This document shows positions 1 to 7,451 of a stretch of DNA of 47,188 bases, piece after piece. The notes beneath the pieces were generated by a model. It saw only the letters and a list, made by a program, of their open reading frames with translations, had not been told where the DNA came from and ran no database searches. Each line of letters begins with the position of its first letter. Position 1 is the first letter of the stretch. The stretch is from positions 383,315 to 430,502 of the forward strand of contig CAYFMS010000001.1 of the NCBI GenBank assembly GCA_964344415.1. The letters run 5' to 3'. Both the position numbers and the translations under genes were made by a program. Origin of the DNA: an uncultured Gammaproteobacteria bacterium (GTDB taxonomy: Bacteria > Patescibacteriota > Patescibacteriia > UBA9934).

Positions 1-1
1 A

Positions 2-3000
2 GGGGATTGGGGGCATGTCCCGCAGGCGGGTGTTTGGCCTATGACAGGAATGGCTGGCGCGACATCGAATTACATGGTTAATTTCCCAATTACGGAACAG
101 ATTCGTGGTAATGCCAATGGCGGAAAGGTTGTACTGACATTCCCGAGTGGATTCAATGTAACGAATGCGGCAGTACTTTCGGATTCCTTCATCAATAAAG
201 ACGTGAATGTTCATGGTTCGGGAACGGTGGCAATTAATAGCGTAACAGCAAATAATCAAGCCCGAACCGTAACCGTAGACTTTTCTATCGCGACAGCTTG
301 TGGATCTGGAAATGTTGATCCTTGTGTATCGGGGGATGAAAATGACTTCATTTCATTTGACCTAGAAGGGATTGGGAATACAGACCAGCCGCGTGACTGG
401 GAAACATCTGGGTACACGGTAGATATTAAAACCATGACTGGATCGACGGTGAATGAAACCATGACATCGATGCCATTCTTCATTTCGCCGGCAGGAGACA
501 ATTCGCTGCAAGTCGATTTGACGGCTGCTGGGGCGGACACAGGTACGGCGGATGTTCATATTTGGTCTCCGGGTACAGGTGAAATGACGGCAACGGCCAA
601 TTTTGCGACGAATGGAGACGGTACAGCCTCTGTTACATTTAGCGGACTTCCTTCTGATTACTTCGATATTTGGATGGATCCTGTTTTGACCATTAAAGCA
701 TCGGATGATTTTGTTGGTCCAATGAATGAACCTGTATTTGTGACCGGTAGTACAACAAAGGCAATTACGCTTTCAGCGACTTCAGGGCTGACAAGTGTCA
801 CGGTAAATGTTACGGGCGCAACTGGAAAGGATATCGATGTCTTTGCTGGTGGTCCTAACGGATTTACTGTTAAGCGTATTTCTAGCACAACGGGAAGCGA
901 TTCTGTGACATTGAAATTAGCGGATGGTGATTGGCATGTTGGTGTTGGCCCGCATATGTCTATGGATGGAGGATTTACCATGCCAGAGCCACCAGACTAT
1001 ATCGTTTCACCGGGGAATTTGAATTTGTCAGTTGCAAGTCCAAATGTTACGGAAGATTCTGGCACGGCAAATGATGGAACAGTTACATTCGATTTGTCGC
1101 CCGCATCAGATTCTGTAACGGTTAATGTTGTTGATGAGTCTGGAAATCCTGTTATGGATGCCATGATATTCATGGACTCTACCGAGGGAGGATTTGGAAC
1201 ATTCGGACAAACGTCAGGAGCTGGTTCTGCAACATTGAATGTAAATCCAGGAACCTATCGTGCCGGAGCATTCCTTGATGGTACGCCTCCGACTCGTGAA
1301 ATCCGTGTACGTGTTGCGGATGATGGTAGTGTTTATCAGGACGGTACGCTTGTGAATGCGGTAACAATTGAATTGAGTAAAGGGGATTATGCGATTAGCG
1401 GAACGGTAACGGATGGAAATAATGCGGTAACAGGAGCGGCCGTTCATGCATTCTGTACAGCGAATTGTGAAGGATATTTCGATGCAGGCGCGATGACCAA
1501 TTCAAATGGTAAATACACATTGTATGTTGGGGCAGGTACATGGCAGGTTGAGGCATTTATTCCGGGATTTGGTAGCTCGACCCGTTCGACGGTAGTGATT
1601 ACAACAGATGATGAAACGGGAGTAAATCTTAGCCCGGATTCTGATGTGACATTTAGAACCATTTCTGGAACGGTCTGTAAGAAAGATGGCGGAGGAGCTG
1701 ATTGTACAGGTGGAACTGGAATAGACGGTATTGAAATTTTTGCTTGGTCAGATGCAAATGGTGGAGGCTCGAACTTCACACAAACAGGTGCGGATGGAAC
1801 ATTCTCATTGCGAGTTCCTTCGGCGAGCGGATACACACTCGAGGCATGGGACCCGCGAAAAGGGCCGCTTCCGATCATTTCAAATGTCGACGTATCTTCT
1901 GGAAATCAGACGGATCAAGACATTGTGATCGACACCCCAGAAGGAGTAACGATTAATTTGAAAGACGATCAAGGGAATGCGGTAACAGTTGGTGAGGTAT
2001 TCATTGAATTCTTTGATGACTCAACAGAGGTGAGGCAGCATGTATTTATTGAGAATGACAGTGATGGAACAATTGATCTTCCAGAAGGAGTCTACGATGT
2101 ATTGGTGCATGCGAAAGGAGTGGAGCTTGATGAATCAACGGATGTAACTTCAGACGATGCGGGGACATCTGTAACATCAGGTGTTGTGACGGTGGATGGA
2201 ACAGAAGTAGTGAAAATCGAAATCCCAGACTTGCAAACTATTTCTGGAACATTGACGGATGGTTCTGACCCTGTGGAAGATGCATGGGTTGAGGTTACGG
2301 ATCCGACAACGGGTATTTCAACGGGTGGAGTGACGGATTCGAATGGTAATTACTCTATCTCTGTTCCGGACGGAACGTATCAGGTGAATGCATATAACCC
2401 AGGACTTGTTGTTGCGCCGATGACGGTCGCGGTAAGTGGGGCGAGTGCGACGGATCAAGATATGGAAGGGACGGTTTCTTCTCAGAATATTACCGGAACG
2501 GTGACGGATCCATCTGGAAATGCTGTACCATATGCTTTCGTAGAGGCTTCAAAATCTGGAGGAGGATTTACGGCGGTTCAGGCTGATGCAGATGGTGAAT
2601 ACTCTCTGCCAGTTGATGATGGAACATGGCAAGTAACGGCCATTGGTCATGGATATGAATCAGAAGCACTTGGTTCAAATGTCGTGATTAGCGGTTCATC
2701 AGATAGTGGAAATGATATTCAATTCGATACATCGGCCTCTGGATTGGCAGAACCAACTGTGAAGTCGGTAACACCGGCTGATGGAGGAACAGTGCAGGAT
2801 CAAACAGCAGGATTGACCGTTTCAATTCCAGCAAACGCAACGAGTACGTCTACAAGCGCGGGGACTGTTTCTATGAAAGAAACAAATAATGTTGTGAGTA
2901 CGGCGAATAATACGGTTGTCGGTGAAGGATTTGAAATTTCAATGACAGATGCGGGTGGTACGGCGCTTTCATCTGGATTTGATGAGGAAGTTTCCATTAA

Positions 3001-4354
3001 GAAAAACATGAGTGTGGCTGATCTTGATACCGCCGGCATTGATACGCTTGATGAGGTGAAGGATCTGAAAATATCTTATTTCTCTGGAAATGGGACATGG
3101 ATTCCAGAAAATACAACAAAGGCATATTTGGATGCAGATGGAGATGTTGTTGCGAGTCCGGCGGCTGATCTTTCAAATGTAACGACGGTGGCATTTACGA
3201 CAGCGGTGGATCACTTTACGGTCTTCTCAATTACGGCACCGGCTGATGGATTAGCACCAAAGGCACCAACGAATGTAAGTGCTTCTGTAGACGGTATGAA
3301 AGTAACAATTACATGGGATGCAGTAACAACGAACTCAGATGATACAGCCATCACAGACTTGCTTGGATATGAAATTTATCGTGATACTGATTCAGGCGGA
3401 GCTTTCTCAACACAATTGAATACTTCCGATATTCTGACAACGTCATATTCGGATTCAACGGTAGAAGGAAGCACGACATACTATTACAAAGTAACAGCGG
3501 CAGATACGGGCGGACAAGAATCGGCTATGTCATCTGCGGCAACGGCGGTGGTTGTTGGTTCAACGACAAGTTCAAGCGGGGGACGATCATCTACTCCGTC
3601 CGTGCAAGAAGATGATGATTCGGATGATGTGACGGAAGATGCTGAAACAACTGAAGAAGAAACTGTTTCTATTGATCCGGAAGATCCTGTCGCTGAACTC
3701 TATCCGGATAAGACCGAGACGGAAGCAGCATTACCGTCATCTGTGAATATCGGAAGCTTGGTGAAGCTAGCTGATAGCCCGGCCGTCTACTTCGTGGGAG
3801 GTGACGGTACTCGTCATCCATTCGCAAATGCTCATATTTACTTCACTTGGTATGACAATTTCGACGATGTAGAGACAATTTCGGCGGATGATATGGCGAA
3901 TATCCCAATGGGAGAAGCGGTTCGAGTGCGGCCAGGGACATGGCTTGTGAAAATTCAGAGCGATCCAAAGGTATATGCTGTTGAGCCAGGAGGGGCGCTT
4001 CGCTGGATTGAAACGGAAGAGGTTGCATTGACGCTATACGGTACGAATTGGAATCGTCGGATTATCGATGTAGAACCGATTTACTTCACTCGATACGAAA
4101 TAGGCGATCCAATTTCCGAAGCGAAAATTCATCCAGAGGGTTCAATTATACGAGATATTGCCACTGGAGATGTCTATTATGTGGCGGAAGATGGTACGCT
4201 TCGTAAGTTCATCGATGACGAGGCGGTTCAGGCCAATGAAATTCAGACCCAATATGTCTTGAATGCTACGACGAAGGATCTTGAAAGGACGATTGGTGAT
4301 CCAATTACTTCAAGAGAAGATATTCTGCTGTTCTACCAAGACATTGGAAGATAA
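2..4354 (+). CDS. Giant cell-surface/secreted protein, 5' end cut by the window edge: tandem carboxypeptidase-regulatory-like beta-sandwich repeats, one FN3-like module, acidic linker, C-terminal triple repeat
   Basis: ORF 41..4354 stays open in frame back to nt 2, and M41 is not followed by a signal peptide, so the gene probably starts upstream of the window. It has recurrent ~80-aa units of the type ISGTVTD..G.PV..A.V.....T.SNG.Y.L.V..GTY.V.A..PG. An FN3-like stretch reads APKAPTNVSASVDGMKVTITWDAV...YYYKVTAADTGGQES. A D/E-rich linker is followed by three VY.V...G..R modules at the C terminus. Confidence 0.85.
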   Translation, partial: GDWGHVPQAGVWPMTGMAGATSNYMVNFPITEQIRGNANGGKVVLTFPSGFNVTNAAVLSDSFINKDVNVHGSGTVAINSVTANNQARTVTVDFSIATACGSGNVDPCVSGDENDFISFDLEGIGNTDQPRDWETSGYTVDIKTMTGSTVNETMTSMPFFISPAGDNSLQVDLTAAGADTGTADVHIWSPGTGEMTATANFATNGDGTASVTFSGLPSDYFDIWMDPVLTIKASDDFVGPMNEPVFVTGSTTKAITLSATSGLTSVTVNVTGATGKDIDVFAGGPNGFTVKRISSTTGSDSVTLKLADGDWHVGVGPHMSMDGGFTMPEPPDYIVSPGNLNLSVASPNVTEDSGTANDGTVTFDLSPASDSVTVNVVDESGNPVMDAMIFMDSTEGGFGTFGQTSGAGSATLNVNPGTYRAGAFLDGTPPTREIRVRVADDGSVYQDGTLVNAVTIELSKGDYAISGTVTDGNNAVTGAAVHAFCTANCEGYFDAGAMTNSNGKYTLYVGAGTWQVEAFIPGFGSSTRSTVVITTDDETGVNLSPDSDVTFRTISGTVCKKDGGGADCTGGTGIDGIEIFAWSDANGGGSNFTQTGADGTFSLRVPSASGYTLEAWDPRKGPLPIISNVDVSSGNQTDQDIVIDTPEGVTINLKDDQGNAVTVGEVFIEFFDDSTEVRQHVFIENDSDGTIDLPEGVYDVLVHAKGVELDESTDVTSDDAGTSVTSGVVTVDGTEVVKIEIPDLQTISGTLTDGSDPVEDAWVEVTDPTTGISTGGVTDSNGNYSISVPDGTYQVNAYNPGLVVAPMTVAVSGASATDQDMEGTVSSQNITGTVTDPSGNAVPYAFVEASKSGGGFTAVQADADGEYSLPVDDGTWQVTAIGHGYESEALGSNVVISGSSDSGNDIQFDTSASGLAEPTVKSVTPADGGTVQDQTAGLTVSIPANATSTSTSAGTVSMKETNNVVSTANNTVVGEGFEISMTDAGGTALSSGFDEEVSIKKNMSVADLDTAGIDTLDEVKDLKISYFSGNGTWIPENTTKAYLDADGDVVASPAADLSNVTTVAFTTAVDHFTVFSITAPADGLAPKAPTNVSASVDGMKVTITWDAVTTNSDDTAITDLLGYEIYRDTDSGGAFSTQLNTSDILTTSYSDSTVEGSTTYYYKVTAADTGGQESAMSSAATAVVVGSTTSSSGGRSSTPSVQEDDDSDDVTEDAETTEEETVSIDPEDPVAELYPDKTETEAALPSSVNIGSLVKLADSPAVYFVGGDGTRHPFANAHIYFTWYDNFDDVETISADDMANIPMGEAVRVRPGTWLVKIQSDPKVYAVEPGGALRWIETEEVALTLYGTNWNRRIIDVEPIYFTRYEIGDPISEAKIHPEGSIIRDIATGDVYYVAEDGTLRKFIDDEAVQANEIQTQYVLNATTKDLERTIGDPITSREDILLFYQDIGR

Positions 4355-4384
4355 AAAAAATCCCCCCAAGCGGGGGATTTTTTT
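4354..4384. terminator. Bidirectional intrinsic terminator shared by two convergent genes
   Basis: AAAAAAATCCCCC-caagc-GGGGGATTTTTTT has perfect 13-nt arms with an A-run on one side and a T-run on the other. It lies exactly between the + gene stop (4354) and the - gene stop (4383). Confidence 0.85.
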
Positions 4385-5135
4385 ATCGAATTTGATAGGT
4401 GATGCTTACAAGTGCCGTTATGTCATCTTCTCCTAATTGGAAAGATTGTTCCAATTCGATGCCTGCGCTATGCATTTCTGCATAATAGGGCTCAAATTGA
4501 TCTCCATTATTAATCCATTCATTGTAATCGACTACCGCTCCAAGTCGTATACCTAATTCCTGACTTAATTCTTCAGCTTTCTGCTCGGCTTGTAAAATTG
4601 CCTCCTTTCGGGCTTGCGCCTCATAATCATATGTTTCACTTATTTCGAAGTTTGGCCCGGAAATATCCGTCACTCCATTCCTGCCGGCGGCATCTAAAAC
4701 GGAATCTATCAAATCAGTATCGTTTATTGTGACGTCGACTGTTTCGGTGATCATCCATCCGCGTTTTATATAATCTTGCTCATCTTGGTCCCAGAAGCGA
4801 TTTTCACGCATATAATAACTCTGCGTTTGAATATCAGATTCTGGTAGTCCCAATGCTTTGATTTCATTTATGAGAGCATTTGTCGAATTTGTATGATTTG
4901 TTTGCGCTGTGAGTACTGTTTCCGCTTCTGTGCGCACACCCAATTGTAATGTCGCTTGATCTGGCTTCAATGAGACTTGTCCCTCTCCTTCGACGATGAT
5001 TGTCCCATTCGGCTCAGGAGGTGAGAAAAGGGTTCTGATTTGATTCAGGGAAATGAGTGTAAGTACGGTTAGAATGGAAATGGCAATAGCCGAAATGTAT
5101 TTTTTGTATTCTGGTGATAGATATTCTTGATGCAT
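4383..5135 (-). CDS. SIMPL / DUF541 family periplasmic-type protein with N-terminal membrane anchor
   Basis: 250 aa with N-terminal TM segment ISAIAISILTVLTLISL. This is followed by GTIIVEGEGQVSLKPDQATLQLGVRTEAETVLTAQ...ALI..IKALGLPESDIQTQSY, typical of SIMPL/26-kDa periplasmic immunogenic protein family. ATG at 5135. Confidence 0.8.
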   Translation of the reverse strand: MHQEYLSPEYKKYISAIAISILTVLTLISLNQIRTLFSPPEPNGTIIVEGEGQVSLKPDQATLQLGVRTEAETVLTAQTNHTNSTNALINEIKALGLPESDIQTQSYYMRENRFWDQDEQDYIKRGWMITETVDVTINDTDLIDSVLDAAGRNGVTDISGPNFEISETYDYEAQARKEAILQAEQKAEELSQELGIRLGAVVDYNEWINNGDQFEPYYAEMHSAGIELEQSFQLGEDDITALVSITYQIR

Positions 5136-5182
5136 AATATTGATTAATATATCGGTAGTTTACGATATTTTTATGAAGATAC

Positions 5183-5215
5183 AAAAAACCCCGCAGCTAG
5201 CTTGTAGCTTTGGGG
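5183..5215 (-). terminator. Intrinsic terminator of the GC-rich lipoprotein gene
   Basis: On the minus strand the sequence reads CCCCAAAGCTA-caag-TAGCTGCGGGG (stem with a 2-nt internal mismatch) followed by TTTTTTG. It lies 17 nt after the stop at 5232. Confidence 0.6.
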
Positions 5216-5231
5216 TCTCCGCGCATGGCGG

Positions 5232-5912
5232 CTAGATTTCGCGCAGGAATGAGAAGGTTTGACCCTTGTCATCCCATGCGCCCGAATTTTCCATGATTTC
5301 GTGCATGGCATTGCCGGTCTCGGCATCGGTCCACTGAATCATGGTTCTCACGGTCGCGAGGTCGCCGTTGTCGTCTGGGATCATGTTCTCGGTCAGTTCT
5401 GGACTGACATCGATCACGATTTCTCCTTCTTCGTGGGTGTCCACGAAGAGATTGACGTCCTCAACGATGAATACGACGAGCTCTTCGTCATGCAGTTCAC
5501 CGTCTGATGTTACGACGGTGACTAGGCCGCGCTCCTCTCGATCGATCCAGTCAGCGTCGATCGTGATGAGCATATTGTCGACGAAGTACCCTTCGCCACA
5601 GCCGCGCTCGGCCGTGAACAGAAGGGACTGCTCGGCGCCGTCCTCGCGCGCGAAGAAGTCGGACTGAATTGTCCGTGCAATCGGTTGCGAGGTGGTTTCA
5701 TACGGCCCGTCGATCCAGTTGAACTGGAAGGGGTCGCATCCGTCATCCGCATCCTGATCGACATCCGGATCCCCGCGTGGGGATTCGAAAATGATCATGG
5801 GCGGCTGATTGCCTGCATCCGGATCTTCCACATACACATAAACCGTTTCCGGTTCGGGAATGCGGCACCCGGTCGCGACGATGAGCATCGCGAAGAAAAA
5901 TCGAAAGAACAT
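5232..5912 (-). CDS. GC-rich cassette 1: acidic lipoprotein of unknown function
   Basis: 226 aa. The signal peptide with lipobox is MFFRFFFAMLIVATG|C. SD AGGAGA lies 4 nt before ATG(5912). The sampled 60-nt line 5581 is 41/60 G+C against an AT-rich backbone. The product is very D/E-rich. Confidence 0.75.
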   Translation of the reverse strand: MFFRFFFAMLIVATGCRIPEPETVYVYVEDPDAGNQPPMIIFESPRGDPDVDQDADDGCDPFQFNWIDGPYETTSQPIARTIQSDFFAREDGAEQSLLFTAERGCGEGYFVDNMLITIDADWIDREERGLVTVVTSDGELHDEELVVFIVEDVNLFVDTHEEGEIVIDVSPELTENMIPDDNGDLATVRTMIQWTDAETGNAMHEIMENSGAWDDKGQTFSFLREI

Positions 5913-5975
5913 GGTATCTCCTGAGGAGTGATCTGAGCACGATTATCATGCCCAAATATCTATCCAAGACGATTA

Positions 5976-6004
5976 TTTTTAACACAAAAACGCAGATTTG
6001 TCAA
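5976..6004 (-). promoter_or_regulatory. Sigma70-type extended -10 promoter of cassette 1
   Basis: Minus strand reads TTGACA-AATCTGCGTTTTTG-TG-T-TAAAAA: perfect -35, 17-nt spacer and a TGn extension. Its -35 overlaps back-to-back with the ppa -35 (TTTGTCAA). Confidence 0.55.
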
Positions 6005-6026
6005 TCCCATACCCTCATTCTACAAT
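5998..6026 (+). promoter_or_regulatory. Candidate ppa promoter
   Basis: TTGTCA-17 nt-TACAAT, about 75 nt upstream of ATG 6101. Confidence 0.45.
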
Positions 6027-6100
6027 GACCGTTTTTATTACACAATGACTTGATTCATTCGATAAATAGGGCTAATATACAGGCATTCATAAACAAAAAT

Positions 6101-6631
6101 ATGGCTTTCAATTCATGGCATGACATTACACCAGGAGAAAATGCTCCAGAAATCGTAACAGGAATTATCGAAATTCCTCACGGGTCCAAGGCAAAATTCG
6201 AATTAGACAAAGAAACGGGCATGATTATGCTTGATCGTGTTTTGCATTCACCATTTAGGTATCCTGCAAATTATGGATTTATTCCGCAGACATATTGTGA
6301 TGATAAAGATCCGCTTGATGTTTTAGTTCTTTGCAGTGAAGATCTTCCACCACTTACGCGCGTTGAATCACGAGTGATTGGTGTTATTAAAATGATCGAC
6401 GGCGGGGAAGGTGATGATAAAGTTATTGCTGTTGCGGAAGGTGATCCTCGTTATGCTGATGTAAATGACATTTCTGACTTACCAGAAATTGTTCGTGGCG
6501 AAATGCGCATGTTCTTCGAGGATTATAAGAAGCTGCGGAAGAAGAAGGTTGAGGTGACGGATATGCTCGGTCGTGAAGCGGCGATTGATGTCGTGAAGGA
6601 CGCAATAGAGCTGTATAAAAAGGAGTTCTAG
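6101..6631 (+). CDS. ppa: Inorganic pyrophosphatase, family I
   Basis: Matches include IIEIPHGSKAKFELDKETGMIMLDRVL..P..YPANYGFIPQT..DDKDPLDVLVL and IGVIKMIDGGEGDDKVIAV. The ORF track starts at a TTG (6050); the first ATG at 6101 gives the canonical MAFNSWHD start. Confidence 0.93.
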   Translation: MAFNSWHDITPGENAPEIVTGIIEIPHGSKAKFELDKETGMIMLDRVLHSPFRYPANYGFIPQTYCDDKDPLDVLVLCSEDLPPLTRVESRVIGVIKMIDGGEGDDKVIAVAEGDPRYADVNDISDLPEIVRGEMRMFFEDYKKLRKKKVEVTDMLGREAAIDVVKDAIELYKKEF

Positions 6632-6634
6632 ATT

Positions 6635-6643
6635 TGTGGATAA
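6635..6643 (+). promoter_or_regulatory. Perfect DnaA-box 9-mer (TGTGGATAA) upstream of the DUF378 gene
   Basis: TGTGGATAA followed by TTAGCG, the same extension seen at 37484 (TGTGGATAAGTTTAGCG). Confidence 0.4.
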
Positions 6644-6700
6644 TTAGCGAATTTTGGAGTCTGAAGAGGTATACTGTTTGTATAATTCTTAAGAATTTAT

Positions 6701-6910
6701 ATGAAGCATCATAGTCCTTTACATAAGGTTGCGTGGATCCTCGTCGTTGTGGGAGCACTCAACTGGGGTCTTGTTGGCGTTACTGCCAATGACTGGGATC
6801 TTGTGACTGCTCTATTCGGGGGCGTGCCTTGGCTTCGCGAGCTTGTATTCATCCTTGTGGGTGTTTCTGGTCTTGTGCTGCTTATGGGCATGGCTCAGAA
6901 GAGCAAGTAA
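6701..6910 (+). CDS. DUF378 family small membrane protein
   Basis: 69 aa. The pattern LHKVAWILVVVGALNWGLVGV...DLV..LFG......VFILVGVSGL is typical of DUF378. TATAAT at 6681-6686. Confidence 0.8.
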   Translation: MKHHSPLHKVAWILVVVGALNWGLVGVTANDWDLVTALFGGVPWLRELVFILVGVSGLVLLMGMAQKSK

Positions 6911-6914
6911 TTTT

Positions 6915-6955
6915 AAACAAAAACACTCTCATTGTATCGAGGGTGTTTTTGTTTT
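6915..6955 (+). terminator. Intrinsic terminator after the DUF378 gene
   Basis: AAACAAAAACACTCTC-attgtatc-GAGGGTGTTTTTGTTT. Confidence 0.8.
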
Positions 6956-6966
6956 GTCGCTTGTGA
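6952..6966 (+). repeat. Post-terminator box TTTTGTCGCTTGTGA (copy 1 of 3)
   Basis: Identical 15-mers lie at 46964-46978 (+) and 11543-11557 (reverse complement). In each case the box is fused to the T-run of an intrinsic terminator. Confidence 0.7.
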
Positions 6967-7160
6967 ATCAGCGCTTTTCCGGCTCAGATCTGCGCTACGG
7001 GGCGCCGCACCTTTCAGTGCGCCTTACTACGTGTGCTCGATCTTCACCGAAATAGCATCTCATTCACTGCGCGACCAATATTTACCCAATATCCTTCATT
7101 TCCGAACCTGCCGCCACCTGCGAGACTGTCACACTGCATGCGGCAGGAGCGAGGAATTGC

Positions 7161-7229
7161 AAAACAGCCGATAGGAATGAACAACTATTCTGTATTAAGA
7201 AAAATAAAGACATTCCTATCGGCTGTTTT
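7161..7229. repeat. 19-bp perfect inverted repeat with a 31-nt AT-rich loop
   Basis: AAAACAGCCGATAGGAATG (7161-7179) pairs with CATTCCTATCGGCTGTTTT (7211-7229). Confidence 0.8.
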
Positions 7230-7275
7230 GCCCGAGCGATGACGCTCTATGCATGTGACAAAGCGAGCACTGGCG

Positions 7276-7338
7276 GCGTTCTTTTGCTTACTTTTCTTTA
7301 AAGAAAAGTAAGAAGAAAATAATGAGAGATCCCTGCCT
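7276..7338 (+). repeat. Dispersed ~62-nt repeat module containing a 26-nt perfect palindrome
   Basis: GCGTTCTTTTGCTTACTTTTCTTTAAAGAAAAGTAAGAAGAAAA is identical over 44 nt to the reverse complement of 47145-47188, then continues ..GAGATCCCTGCCT. The palindrome CTTACTTTTCTTTAAAGAAAAGTAAG lies at 7287-7312. Confidence 0.85.
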
Positions 7339-7451
7339 ACTGGCACCTGTCTACCGCCAGGTAGGTCAAGCCCGGAATGACAATCACGGATGTACATCTG
7401 TAACGGTGACCTACTTACTATTTTCTACTAACTACTTACTTCGCATTCGCA

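Noticed and set aside
5259-5985. Five 79-108-aa ORFs on both strands overlapping cassette 1.
   Set aside because: The reasoning is the same as for the other GC-rich regions. Only 5232-5912 (-) has a lipobox signal peptide, an SD and a promoter.
6843-7397. ORFs of 69-80 aa in the 0.54-kb spacer after the DUF378 gene.
   Set aside because: They are translations of dispersed repeat modules (for example ..SGLDLPGGRQVPVGRDLS.., ..LRGAAPFSAPYY..). They overlap each other, lack start signals and cross hairpins and the palindrome.
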